Origin: Callorhinchus milii
Lineage: Eukaryota
NCBI RefSeq assembly: GCF_018977255.1
Contig: NW_024704742.1
Span: 27,530,001-27,594,000 of the forward strand
Length of the DNA: 64,000 bases
Direction of reading: 5' to 3'
Position numbers and translations under genes: made by a program. Positions within the stretch are counted from its first letter, which is position 1; each line of letters begins with the position of its first letter. The notes under the pieces were generated by a model, which worked only from the letters and a program-made list of their open reading frames with translations, did not search any database and had not been told where the DNA came from. Below, one piece after another: positions 51,331 through 64,000 of the stretch.

Positions 51331-54300
51331 ATTGAGCAAGTGCTCCGAGACTCTACCCTGTGGGAAGGGCGCTGTATTGTTGGGCACAAGTTGTTGCTGT
51401 AGCAGGTAAAAAGAGAAGGCATGTGTTCAGCATAAATGCGATATAACTTGCCAAGGGGGGGAAGTTTAAAGAGACCGAGTTAATTTCTTCATCACAGTGT
51501 TGCAGTTTTGTCAGTCTTTTTCTCAGATGTTCGTGGGTGCCCACACAAAGTCACTGTGCGCAGCTATATTTTTCAAGTATAATTGAGTTTCCAAATCTAT
51601 TTTGTCTGTTTTAAATGATTATGAAATTCCCACTTGTAGACCCTCTGAACTGCTGAAGAAACTGATAGTACATTACTTATTTCAGGAAAAGCAAAGGTCA
51701 GGCAGGGAAAGAAGACGGATGGAACGTAATGCATAATGCATCAGAAACGGTGCACTAATTTTGGTAAAACTTTGGGTAACAGCACTGAATCTGGTGAACT
51801 CTTCTAAGGAACTGCATTTTAAAAGCATTTTAAAAAATCAGTCCAGGAGCTGAGTCTATGTGGCCTTCATTTTAGCCAATGATGAATGCAAATATGTCAT
51901 TACTTTGCCTTACATCATCTTCTGTAGACTATAAAACGACTACTACTTTGTATTTGTTAATAGTGCCTTAATATATCATGAAGCATTTCATCGGATCTTA
52001 CTGTAAATTGTAGTGACTGTGTACTTTGTAGGCAAACTGAGCAGTCAATTTTCACACAACAACAACGATTTGCATTGATATCGCGTCCCTCACGCAGGAT
52101 GGAGTCTCAGAGCACCTAAACACAACAGCAGCAAAAGATTACATTTGTATTACATTTGGAGGACATTTCAAGGCGCAACAGCGTCCCACAAATAGCCATG
52201 AAACACATCACCAATTTTATTTGGGGGATTGTTGGCAATCTGAGGAACTTCCTTCTCTTTTCAAGTAGTGCCATGGGATTTTAAATGTTCTCCTGAACAG
52301 GGCATTGATTCAAAGTATCTTCCAAAGAACAGTACCTCCAACAATGCCGCACTTCATCTCAATGCCAGCCTAGAATGTGAACTCATAAAGTCCCAACATG
52401 GGGGTTGAACCCACAACAACAATAACAAAAAAAATTACATTTGTAAAGTGCCTTTCACGTCAGGAGGACGTACCAAGGCGCTGAACAGTCAGGGATCAGG
52501 ATCCGAGTGTGGGGGGGGGGCACGGTTGGGGTGAGGCGGGCAGAGAGATAGGAGAGCGACTGAAGGCACGGTCGAAAGGAATGCTGACAACTGAGGCAGG
52601 CTGACACCTTGCTGTCCACAGTATCTAATAGAGTCACCTGGCACCACACCTGCTGATTTGAAATAAACATCATCTCTAAAATCAGTCCCTGCTTAAGATG
52701 AGGTTTATTTTTCGTGACAATTGGCCTCGGCTTTATCCTGATTTTCCAGCCGAGAGCACCAGTCGTTTTGTTGTTGTGTAAAAGTGGCCACTGATATAAT
52801 CAAGCATAAATGAATTAACATCAATTAAAATCACAATGCTTGTACTTGCATTAGACCAGAATGAAATGTATGTGGGAAGGGAGTGGGTGGGGGGTGGGGA
52901 CCGAAATTGCGCAGGATATATCCACATGTGCCAAAAAAATTATTAGGATTCGATTGTATCTGAGGGCCCCTTCACCAGTGGAGAAGTGAATGATCTTTCA
53001 TCTGCAGGACAAATAGGTTCCCTCAATACATACATAATTTGTCTGTTTAAAATTGAAAATTATTCATTTTGATAGCCTGCGTGCAGCAAAGTTACTTAAA
53101 GCAAAATTAAATTATGACCAAAAAGAATGGCATAATCTAATTATTCTAATAAATTACATTTATTTAGCCCCAAAGATGAAGGCATGGAATAAGCAATTTG
53201 TTTGAATAATGAAATTTAACCAAGGATTGCACAGAGCCTGTGGTTTGTCATATCTCTTCTATTTGGATTGGCTGCAAATCAACTGAGAGGTAAAGAGCAG
53301 CTGTAGAAGTGATTTAGGAATTAAAATCTAAGACAAATGACCTTGTTGCAAGTGTTTGTGAAATATTTTATATTGTTATAACATTTGGGAATATTGTCAC
53401 ACTGCAATGGGGGATTTGAAGAGGAAAAAGAAAAGCTGATTCAGTATTCTGCAGCCTGGTGTGCTAATGAGATTTTTATTAGCCAGGAGGAAGGAACTTA
53501 ATAGAGGCTATTTCACTATAGAACACTTCTGCATTTAAACAGTGGTATTAAAACTACAGCAGCTTGTGGCAGTTTAGTGTCATTGTTAATTAATGAACAC
53601 GTTATGTTTTTTGTGAAACTGGTGATGCTTGGGGAAATAATTGGGTTCTTGGGGCAATAAATCCACAGAGTTGTTAAGAGAGTGGGCTTACACTGGAAGT
53701 GGTGAACCAATGATCAAGTTCTGTAACATTGATAGCAAAAAATTTAATTTCAGAAAGTTTAATGTAATACAAGTATGCGCAATGTAATATTGATTTCCCT
53801 TAAACTGATTAAGTTGTCCTGTTGTGGCAACATTCTGCCTTCAGGCCCATCCCCAGAGTACTGGACATGATTGGCGAGCGCCCTCTCACTTTCCCGTTGC
53901 CCAGCAGCAATCTAAAGCACTCTTGTGAAAACTTTTGCACCTTGTACAATTTCTGTTATTATAAATACTACTTTCAAATGCGTATCCCAGCAACAACTAA
54001 AGAATGTGGAAGTGGTCCTCCCTGTGGGAGACTGTTTTTGAATGGTAGAAGTATTGATTTCAACAACGACAACTTGCATTTGTATAGCGCCCTTCAAGCA
54101 GATGGAGTCACAGAGCCATCGGCGGGGAAAGAGGAGGGAGAGGGTAGGATGGCCTATTTAAAGCCTTGGAAGCAAACAGTTTAGAGGATCACTTACTACA
54201 GCATTCCAACAGAGAAAGGTTGAAATTGAGAAAACTGAATGCCAGAGGTGAGAGAAGGATCGCCTCTCAGATGGCCGTCAATATCTTCCATTCTCTTCAG

Positions 54301-54824
54301 TAATGTGAGCAAAGTGCTAGAATAGACTCCCCATATGTGTGAATGTATGTCACATCCGGCATAAAAGAGAAAGAAGATGCGGTGACATATTTGTTGAGTG
54401 CAATATCAGAGCAACAACATAATGCAATAGACAATCTGAATGAAATACTCTGATCCATGTTCAATCGTGTCCAGCAATTGTTGATTTGATAATTGTCAGT
54501 TATTTGAAAATAATTAACAGGATTAACAGAGAAGATTGAGAGGCAATGTGATTCATAACTTTAAGAGTGTAAAGGGTCTAGACAATGTAAATCATGACTG
54601 GCTATTTCAACTCGTCCAGAATAGTAAAACCAGAGGACACAACCTGTGATTAAAGTGGGGTAAATTCAGAGCGAATAGTAAATCTGTGGAACAGGTTCTC
54701 TTGGGAGACAGTTAAAGTAGGAAGTGTTAATTCCTTCAAACACAGATTAGATAGTTTTCTTTTAGGAAATAACATGAGACAGTTCGAGACATATGTGCAT
54801 GCAATTGCCAGGAAGGTGCAAGGC

Positions 54825-55145
54825 GGAGTCCTGTAGCTCAGTGGTTAGAGCACTCGCTTTGCAAGCGAGAGACCTGAGTTCAATTCCAGGCAGAGGGCGA
54901 AACCTTGGGCAAGTTTCCTTACTCCACACAGAGCCTAATAATAATCCCTCCAAACACCAAAAACAATAATAAATTGGTCATTTTCAATCTACGACTGTTT
55001 GTGGGACACTGCTGTGCGCAATTGGCTGCCCCATTCGCCCACAAATATACAGTCAATTCACTTTACAGTGTGAAGCGCTTTGGGACGTCCTCCCGACGTG
55101 AAAATCACGTCGCTATATCAAATGCAAGGATTATTATTATTATTA
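54825..55145 (+). mobile_element. tRNA-derived SINE family A, short form, full length
   Basis: GGAGTCCTGTAGCTCAGTGGTTAGAGCACTCGCTTTGCAAGCGAGAGACCTGAGTTCAATTCC (A box, Ala-like TGC loop, B box), then a Deu-like block and the tail aagcgctttgggacgtcctcccgacgtgaaa..cgctatatcaaatgcaagg(att)n. Confidence 0.93.
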
Positions 55146-58100
55146 AGGCGAAGTAGATGGACCTTGGTCTTTTTTTTGTCCAGCATTTCTTGGGATCTTA
55201 TGGTTAATCAATCAGCTGTACGGTTTTGTTGAACCACTAAACCCTTTTCAAAATCGTATTTTACCTCCGAAACAAATCTTGCTGTTACCAGTTCTTTAGG
55301 AATTTCTGTTAACTCTGGCTCATGTTTATTGTATTTTCATGTATCCTAAATTGTTTGGAATTTAGGACACATGAAAATACATGCCAGGTGTCATCCTGGT
55401 CAGCTGGTAGTATCTTGCCTCCGAGTCATAAGGTTATGGGTTCACATTCTGGGCTGACTTTCCAATCAATGCTGAGGGTCTGCTGCATTGTTCGACATTG
55501 CTGCATGCAAATTGCAGCTCAAGTGGTCACCTACAAAATACACAGTCTCTACAATTTACAGTGAAAATTCTGCGAAGCATTTGAGACTTCTCGACGAAGT
55601 GATAAGGCATTCTATTAAACGCAACGATTATTATGATATGTTTTCTTCTCAAAGTATTTATATTCAGGTCATCAGTGAGACTTGTGGCAAGTGGGAGTGA
55701 TCTACATTTTTGGAAGGCAGTGGGGCCTCTATCATCTATACATCTGGCACATTTCAAAGCACATTTTCATATGTTGAGGAGATTTTATGGCAATGACATA
55801 TTTGAGGAAGCAGAAGCATCCAAGTGCCGTAGGCCACAATATTATTCTGCAAGATATTTCTATGGTACCTTCAACATCAAAGCTTTTATTTCCAGCCCAT
55901 TTAAATGTCATACTCCCTTGGCCCTGTTGTTATGTCTCTGGCCCTAATTTTGTTGCTGCTCAACCCTAAATTTGTTTTCCTGGACATGATTTTGAATTCC
56001 TGCAAAAAATAACTGCAAAAACTTCTCTGTCCCAAACTATGAGAATTCAGAGCTTATAAATGCAACCTTTACCTCAACCTCTCCCATCCCTCCACCCCCA
56101 TTATTTATGGCAAGGCCTCTCGAGCATGTTATTTGGTTAGGAAACTACTTGCTCATAATAGTAGGAAGATCTCAGATGCACCTCAGTTATTGCCATCCAT
56201 CATAACTAAACCACTAATAACCTTTGTGTTTGATTCAGCATCTATAACATCAAAACACCTCAAAGTGCTTCACAGGTAATTGATGTCAAGTGTAGTGACT
56301 TTGTATTTAAGTCAAACACAACATCCAGTTTGCACAGAGCAAGGTCGAAGAAACAACTATGAGCAATTTATCTGGGGGACGGATTGGCAGGACATAACCC
56401 CTTTCTTGTTTTCAATATAATGTTATAAGATCTTTAATGTTCAGTAGAACAGCCATATGGGACCTTAGTTTAATGTTTCATTCAAAGCATGTGCCTCCGA
56501 CAATGAAGCACTCTCCCAAGTATTGCAGAAGAATGTTAGCCTAAACCATGAGCTCACTGTCCTTCTGATCCAGAGGTGAGAGGGCTACCAACTAAGTCAA
56601 GCTAACAAACCACATCAAAAGAGGCTTGTTCAAGCAACAATCAAACTGCTTGCAAAGCTTGCATAATTATTATTATAAAATCTAGAGTAATGCTAAATAA
56701 TAATCCTTGAATTTGATGCAATGCCTTTCATGTTGGAAGGATGTTTCAATAAAAACAACTTGCATTTATACAGCACCCTTCACATAGGGTAGCGTTTCAA
56801 AGTACTTCACAGGATTTGTTATGAAGTGGAGTGACTGTACATTTGTTGTCAATTTGAAAAGGTTTCCTTTTTTTGTGGTGTTAACTGATGCCCTCCTTGG
56901 TTTACTGTTATTTTATGAGACCTTGTTTGAGGTTATAAGCTTTTTCCTGTGATTGAACCCTCCTCTTTATGTTAGGCCACATAGGCACAGCTAGAATTGC
57001 AGCTAGAATGCAGCATCTATAACTTCAAAATGTCTCAAAGCACTTCACAGGTGATTGCTGTCGAGTGTAGTGACTTTGTATGTACAGGCAAACATACAGC
57101 TGTAAACCAGCTATATAGTAGGATTTGGGAGAATCAGAATGATTCAGGCAGAATCCAATTGCTGCACTGGAGTCGACATGAATGTTGCCTTTAGCTTACT
57201 GTCTCTGCACTGTTTCTGCCTGAGAAAGCAGTATTGAAATGTCAGTTGAACCAGCTATGGCTATGTGGCCTAAGATAAACAGGAGGATCCAATCACAGCA
57301 AAACAAAACTAAAATCAACAAGCCAGGTATTATGAACTACCAGTAAAACTAGGAGGGCACCAGCTAACAACACAATAAAAGGAAGGGTTTACAAATAGCC
57401 AATGTGTCTCCACATTAAAGGAATCCACTACGAAACAGCATTCCTGATGTGAAATGTGACCTAATCCCGTGATTGACAGCTAGAGGTGTTCGATGTCTCT
57501 TGATGCTTTCTCAAGGTCAGGAAGTGCTTGATTCATCTCCACAGACTTTATTTATAATCTCTTTCACTGTCAAGGCTGTGAAGATGAAGGAAGAACTTTG
57601 TGACCTAGACCCTGTTTATATTCTACCACTGCCACTGGTAGTTTTGGTTGGGGCACCACAATGCACAGGAGACAGTGAGAAAGGCAACAGCAAACTTACC
57701 TGGGGGCAGGAAAGTAAACAACACACCGGGGTCTACTGGCACCACATTTGCCTGCAGGCACAGCATTCAACTACCCCAGCGGGCCAACAGTGTGTTATTT
57801 TCTTTGCTGAACTTCACAGATCTCTCCCCTCCCCACTTTCCCCAAACAGGATCAAGACTTTTCCACAGCTGGAACAAAACAAGTTGTATCTTAGGGCAAT
57901 CTTTACAAGCATGTGTTTGCATGTGGTAGAGCGGCTGGTGCTTGGGAACTTGTACTGGTTCTGAAACATGCCGAAGTATAAGAGCATCTCTAAATGCTCC
58001 ACTGAGAAGCATATGGACGCCTCCTCCTGTTATTATTGGATTTGTTGACATCCTGCGGAGGAACAGTATAGATGTGCCTCAGTCAACCTGCCCTTTAAAT

Positions 58101-59174
58101 CAGAGCTAATGAGTCAAATTGGAATCTTGCTTCAAAGATGAAGACATAGCAAGAGGTTAAAATGAGGGCATTTGTTCCAAAGACGCATGTGACTGCACAG
58201 TCTGCTCTCTCTGCCTTCAGCCATCATTACAACACAAGTTGCAGTTGTTTTGCTTGTTATGGTTGATTTTCATGTACGACTTTCAGTTACTAAACTGATA
58301 ACTGGACACCTCTTCAGTTTCAACAATAAACAGTTCCAGATCATCTCAAAGGTCACCATCGCACGAAAGAGGTGTTGATCAGCTTCATCGTCCTAAGCAA
58401 CTAAATGTCCCAGCAGCTAATGAGGTGAAATACAAGCCATATAGCCATGCCTAGTAATAGCAAAACCACACTGGATGAATGAGGAGAATCGAAAAACACT
58501 GCAATGGACACAAGGGCAAGGAAACCAATATAATTTGATTGAAGATAACTAAAATAATTATGAATAATTATTCTTGTATTTCACACAGCATCTATCATGT
58601 CATGAGAGTGTCTGAAAGCGCTTCACATGGTAATCTTTAAAGTGGAGTGACATGTATTTTGTAGCGAATGTGGCACCAATTTGCACTCAGCAGTGTTTCA
58701 CAAACAGCAATGAAGTGACTGATCAATTTTATCAAATATTAGAAGACGTAAAAAGCGATTTAGAAAGTTAGCCTGTAAATAGCTAACTTGCGATGTCCTG
58801 GCCAACAATCCCCCAGATAAAATTTACTCATTCATGGCATGCATAAAGTACTCAGTGACTACAGTTTACAGTATATCCTGTGATGTGTTTTGCAAACATA
58901 CTCCTGATGTGAAAATCAAATGCAAAGATTATTATTATCCTGATTATGAAAGGACTGAGATGTGACTTTAATGATAAACAGGAGTACAATATGGGATGCT
59001 CATCTCAGAGAACAGCAGCTCGAAGAAGTGGTTGATGTAGATTTATTATTAATAACCTCACAAATCACAACTAATGGAACTCTTTGATGAGCTAACCAAT
59101 ATTGTGTTTATGCTGCATGTTTGGAGGTAAATTGCTGTGCTTTTGCCAATGATTTCTCAAGGGGGAAAAGAGTT

Positions 59175-60715
59175 ACAACAACCACAAAATTACATTTGTA
59201 TAGCGCCTTTTATGTTTGAAGAACGTCCCAAGGTGCTGGACAGTCAGTGTTTCGGACCTGAGCTGGGGGTCGGGATTGAGGATGGTGGAGGGCAGGCGAG
59301 GAAGCAATTTGATCGAAAGCATGGTCGAAGAGGACAGTCTTGAGATGGGACTTGAAGAAGACAAGGGAGGGGGTGAGGTGGAGGGACTGTGGACTGGAGT
59401 TCCAGAGGGTAGCAGAGTGGCAGAAGACCGGCTCGCCAATGGTGGGGCGGGCAAGGCTGGGGACATGAAGCAGGCCGGAGCCCGCTGAGTGGAGGGAGCA
59501 GGCAGGATGGTAGGGGGTTAGGACGTCACAGAGGTAGGGGGTAGCAAGGCAATGGAGGGCTTTGAAGGTGAGGACCAGGATCTTGAACTGTATCCTCTGA
59601 GTGATGGGAAGCTAGTGGAGTCAGGCGAGCATAGGGGTGATAGGGTCACAGAGCCTGGGAGAGGACACGGGCTGCAGAGTTCTGGATGATTTGCAGCTTA
59701 TGGAGGGAGGAGTTGGGGAGACCGATAAGCAAGGAGTTTGCATAGTCAAGCCTTGATGTTATGAATATGTGGATTTCGGTGGCCTGCGGTGGGAGACAGT
59801 GGCGGAGCCGGGCAATGTTGCGTATGTGGGGGAAGGCAGAGCAGGTCATGGCAAGGATGTGGGGTAGAAAGGATAATTGAGGGTCAAATAAGATGCCAAG
59901 GTTCTGGACTGGCTCAGTAAGGTGGAGTGTACATCCATGGATGGTGATGCTGTCAGCATCTGAGGTGTGGAGGTGCTTACAGGAGCAAATCAGGTGGGCC
60001 TCGGTTTTGTTGACGTTCAACTGGAGAAAGTTAGCTCTCATCCAAGACCTGATGTCTGACAGACATTCTGTCAGGACAGCAGTGGTCCTGGATTCGAGGG
60101 TGGAGGCAGAAAGATACAGTTGGGTGTCATCCGCATACATGTGGAAGTTGACCCCATGTCTGCCGATGATGTTACCAAGAGGGAGAATCTAAATGTTAAA
60201 GAACAGAGCCCTGAGGAAGGCCGCACGAGACGGTGCGGGGACTAGGGAGAAACCATTTGTGGAGATGAAGTGGAGGCAGTATAAGAAGTATGATCTGAAG
60301 CAGTCAAGGACAAAACCATGAAATTTGAGGTGAGAGGAGAGGCAATGATGAGGATGGAGTGGTCAGCAGTGTCGAAGGCAGCAGAGAGGTCAAGGAGGAC
60401 GAGGAGGCAGAAGAAGCCCTGTTCGCAGATGGACAGAACGTCATTTGGCACGTTGACCAGGGCTGTTTCAATGCTGTGGGTTGCACGGAAACCTGATAGG
60501 AGGGGTTCGTGCGGGGAGTGGCGGGAGAGGAAGGAGCAAAGCTGGGAAGCAACGACTGGAGATAGGGTGGTAGTTTGAGAGCAGGAATGGGTCCAGGGAG
60601 GGTTTTTAAAGGATAGGAGTGATGACGGACGTTTTTAAAGGGGTGGGAATGGTACCAGTGTGCAGGGAAAGGTTTACAATGTCAAAGTTAAAGGCTGTTG
60701 GGAAAGGAATAGGGT
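59175..60715 (-). mobile_element. 5'-truncated, frameshifted L2 LINE (RT domain plus 3' UTR)
   Basis: ORF pieces LLVLLDLSAAFDT(A)DHSIL, MYADDTQLYLS, WMRANFLQLNVNKTE, ITSRLDYANSLLIG and LQIIQNSAARVL are diagnostic L2/CR1-group RT motifs. The 3' tail is ttgggacgttc..aaaaggcgctatacaaatgtaat..(GTT)n. Confidence 0.93.
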
Positions 60716-60929
60716 GAGATAATTAATCGTGATCGGAGACATAACATTTTCTGTGCTGGTGAGACCCTGTATGGTCATCTGGGGAAAGGACCTGGCTACA
60801 TTTGAATGGCAGAGTATAAGTGTAGAGATTGTAGATGCTTTACTTGATTAGTTCAGGGATCTACATGACTAGCATAGTGGCAGGAAAGATCAAATATGTG
60901 GTATCAATCGATCACTATTTTTTGTGGGG

Positions 60930-61335
60930 GGTCAGCCAGGTGTCTGACATATGCAGAAACCCATCACCATGCTTAAGCATATCCAAATCAGACTGAGAAT
61001 TCCACATATGTTTTCTGCCTACACATGGAAATTTCTGTGTGTTTGGAGTGGAACACACACTTTATCCCTAGAGAGTTTCACCCTTCTTACCTAATTCTGA
61101 AGTACTGCAGTAGGCACAGGTTGGCACAGAGTGTGTGTTAGGGTACTGCTGGAGTTTAACCAGCTGAAACTACATTGTGTGCCATTCAGGGTACTCTCCA
61201 GCTAAGACTTTGGTTTGCAGGGTTAACAGGTGCCGAGTGGCAAAACCCCTGCTCCCACTGAGTGATGTACCTTTGAAGCCCTGTCAATGAGCCAGGCTGA
61301 ATGTGCCGTCATCAGCATTGCCCTGGAGTACTGCA
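60930..61335. repeat. Unclassified interspersed repeat (also at ~5396-5575 in the same orientation; ~18255-18395 and ~19860-20052 in the opposite orientation)
   Basis: Shared blocks gtgtctgaca.atgcagaaacccatca..atgcttaag...actgaga.ttcc, cttacctaattc and atgagccag.ctg..tgtgc.gtcatcagca. Confidence 0.65.
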
Positions 61336-62246
61336 GACCGGCCTGGTTCAGTAGTGTCTACAGAGCATGCCACACCTCCCCTCCCCCCTTCCCGGCATCA
61401 TAGAATAGTCTGTAAATACTTGCATGTTGAGGCAGATCCTTGACGCAATAGAAACATGGAGGTTTACAGTAGAAAAAATGGCCATTCAGCCTGTTGTATC
61501 TGTGGTTACTCTTTGAAAGAACAATCCATTAAGTCCCATTTACGTGCCTTTTCCCATATTCCCCATGAACTTTTGATTTCACCATTCCCAGTGCCAATGT
61601 CACGGAAGCCAGGTGTTGTGTTGCATTCAGCTTGCAGATTGTGATATTTGATTGCCAGTTAGCGATTTGCCATTATTTGAACTAAAGAAAAGTGTCTGAG
61701 TGACTCATGATCCTGTTAACCAACAGTCAAGTTCCACAATGTACAGGTTGTAAATTGAAATCGGGAATGTTCTCATCCTGTGATAAATTTAAAACAGTTA
61801 GAGCCATCAATAAACATCACCACCAATAACACACTAAAAAGCTCTACATCTTTGTCTAGAAATAAAAGGGGGAAATCAATAGCATCTAGATCATTGTCAG
61901 TCTTAGCATTTTGACTAAGAGTTCAAAGTATAGTCTTTAAAAAAAAGTATGTTAGTATAATTAGAAATAACATATTGTATTACGTAAGATAGTTGGAAGT
62001 AGATTTTCACTACATCTCAAAAGCCTCTACCTTTTTCAAAATATATATTTTTAAGAGAAAATAATGATATGGTATACACTTTTGCTTGATATAAAAAGAC
62101 ATGCAGCAACTTTGTTCATTTACAAATTAAGAATGATTTGACAGTTTTCAGCTAGACATCATTTTTAATTTGCATTTTTTATCAATGGGAATATGTGCAA
62201 TTGAACCAAAATAGGTACAGGAGTCAGGAGATCAAAATAATAGCAC

Positions 62247-62333
62247 GTATTGGCTACGGGGGTAGTCACTACCTATTATACAAGTGTACTACCACAGATG
62301 TATATCGGTAGTGACTGCCCTTGAGGCAAATAC
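62247..62333 (+). other. Isolated imperfect inverted repeat (hairpin, 87 nt)
   Basis: GGGTAGTCACTACC (62260-62273) pairs with GGTAGTGACTGCCC (62307-62320). The stem extends inward with TATACA/TGTATA and outward with GTATT.GC/GC.AATAC. Confidence 0.75.
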
Positions 62334-64000
62334 TTATCCCCTGTATGAACCAAATAGTGGAATATTTTAGTTCTATTTCCAGACGTTCTTATTGATAGGG
62401 GTAGAAATGGATTTTGATGTCTTGCTGAATTATGCTGATCAGTTAATTTGCTTGTGTAATTGGGTCTGTGAGGTGGGTGCAATAGCTGGGGTTGGGTGGT
62501 GGGGGTGGGGGCGAGGGGAGAGAGGGAGGGAAAGTCTGTCCTTGTGTGGAGTTTTAAGGCGAAGATAGAAAATAAATTGCAGGATTTCAGGGAAAAAAAA
62601 GCTTGAAAGTTTGAAGATGAAGGGGTTAAAGTGGACTTGGATACCTCATGGGATTTGTGGAAGAGTTGATATCCTCAGAGACTGCCAACATGGTCTTTTT
62701 AAATTAAAATGTAAATCTTTAGGAAATTCACTCCAGTTTGGAACGAAGAGTAATAAAAAACAAGCACCTTTGGAAGTATCACGATCAGACCTACCCAGAG
62801 AAGTGTGAGTATCACTGGGAATTGAAATATCTCCAGTGGTGATGGAAGAGATGCTCACCACTGCATCTACAAACAGGGAAATCATATAAGACTCACAATC
62901 GGCTTTCCAAACCTTTGCAGTGGAAAACAAATCAAAAGAGAGGTTTTCAACTTTGTAACTTATCATTTGGGGACAGAGGATTATGAATCCCATTTCCAAA
63001 GTCAGTCATATCATAGCAGGGAAAGTGAGCAGGTGGCTGCTCAAAGTAAAACCAGTGGGGTGTGGTTGTGAGGCAGTCTGAGAAACAAACGATGAGGCGT
63101 AAGAGACGTGGAGTTTTCCAGTGTGTCGGTCTCAACCACTCATTCTGGCAACCTGTTCCAGTCATTAAATAATATTAATAATTCTTGCATTTGGTATAGC
63201 ACCTTACCACATCAGAAGGAAGTAAATAATAACTTCCAGGTATCTATCCTGAAATTGCCCTTTGCAACTCTAAACATTCGTCCTCTTGTCCTATTGCCTT
63301 GGTGCATCCTGAAGTATTTATCAGACTGTTGTGCTATCCATCTCCTTTTTATATATCGCACGTTTTATATTTCAGAATATAGGGCCCACAATTCCACCTA
63401 GTCTGGCACTGTGAGACGATTTGGTCTTACAGGTTAATGTGGCGCAGAACTGTGGAAAATTCTAAAGTTCAGTTTTATTAGGACTGCAGAAAACTGGCTT
63501 CCAAAGTCGCACTGAATTTAAGCATTTTTCACTATTTTGGGCCATCTCAAATTTTGAAGCAAAGCGGTTTTACGGGCTAAGATTGTGTGGCGTTTCGGGC
63601 CCACAGTTACGTGAACCAGCCTAGCCTTATGAGAGGAGGACAGTAATGCTTTCTGAACTCAAAGGATAGAAAGCCTCCATTGTTAAAGTTGAATTAGAAT
63701 CAGCTGTTTGAAAAAAATATTGAAGTGTTTGGAAGCAGGAAAAGAGTGGAATTATATGGAGAAAAATAGATGTCTCATGTGGAGAAAACACCACTGCATG
63801 CTCAATGAGCTCAATATCTTATTTCTGTGCTGCAATTCCAAGAATCTATTAATACTATGACAACAACAACAAATCACACATATATATAAATATATATAGT
63901 TGCTTTCACGTCAGCAGGACATTCCAAGATGCTGGATAGTTAAGGGTTTGCATCTGAGCTGGGGGTAGGAATCAAAAGAGGTGGAGTGAAGTGGGTATGG

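Noticed and set aside
54825..54897. tRNA-Ala-like gene (also at 10322, 40245 and others)
   Set aside because: These are SINE heads. There is no proper acceptor stem or T-run terminator, and each continues into the same SINE body.
62583..62804. Possible plus-strand exon (ORF 62611-62808, donor gtgagt)
   Set aside because: Weak acceptor, no partner exons and no recognisable protein.
63095..63160. Apparent zinc-knuckle remnant RGVFQCVGLNH suggesting a gag gene
   Set aside because: It overlaps a minus-strand CR1 tail block that recurs at ~2980-3020, so the match is coincidental.

Overview
AT-rich, repeat-dense eukaryotic (vertebrate-type) DNA. It is mostly intronic or intergenic, with no prokaryotic features, CRISPR array, rRNA or intact single-exon gene. 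The repeat content suggests a cartilaginous fish, possibly a holocephalan such as Callorhinchus; this is inference only. That content comprises tRNA-headed SINEs with Deu-domain and L2-type tails, SacSINE1/AmnSINE1-like DeuSINEs, L2 and CR1 LINE fragments and a Penelope-like end. Well-supported features are many SINE copies, a 5'-truncated L2 LINE with RT motifs (59175-60715, -), a decayed Gypsy pol relic (RT and integrase, ~27.5-29.3 kb, +), a 101-bp hAT-type MITE with 8-bp TSD inside a solo-LTR-like element (34.0-34.5 kb), a Helitron-like element (323-916, -) and an (AATC)n microsatellite. Tentative features are a chain of phase-compatible minus-strand exons encoding a protein I cannot name, several TAAT-rich enhancer-like blocks, an isolated 87-nt hairpin and a degenerate hammerhead core. 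I found no convincing new biological system; the best leads are the candidate spliced gene, the hairpin and the Helitron-like element. Repeat boundaries were placed by eye and are approximate, and no database searches were run.
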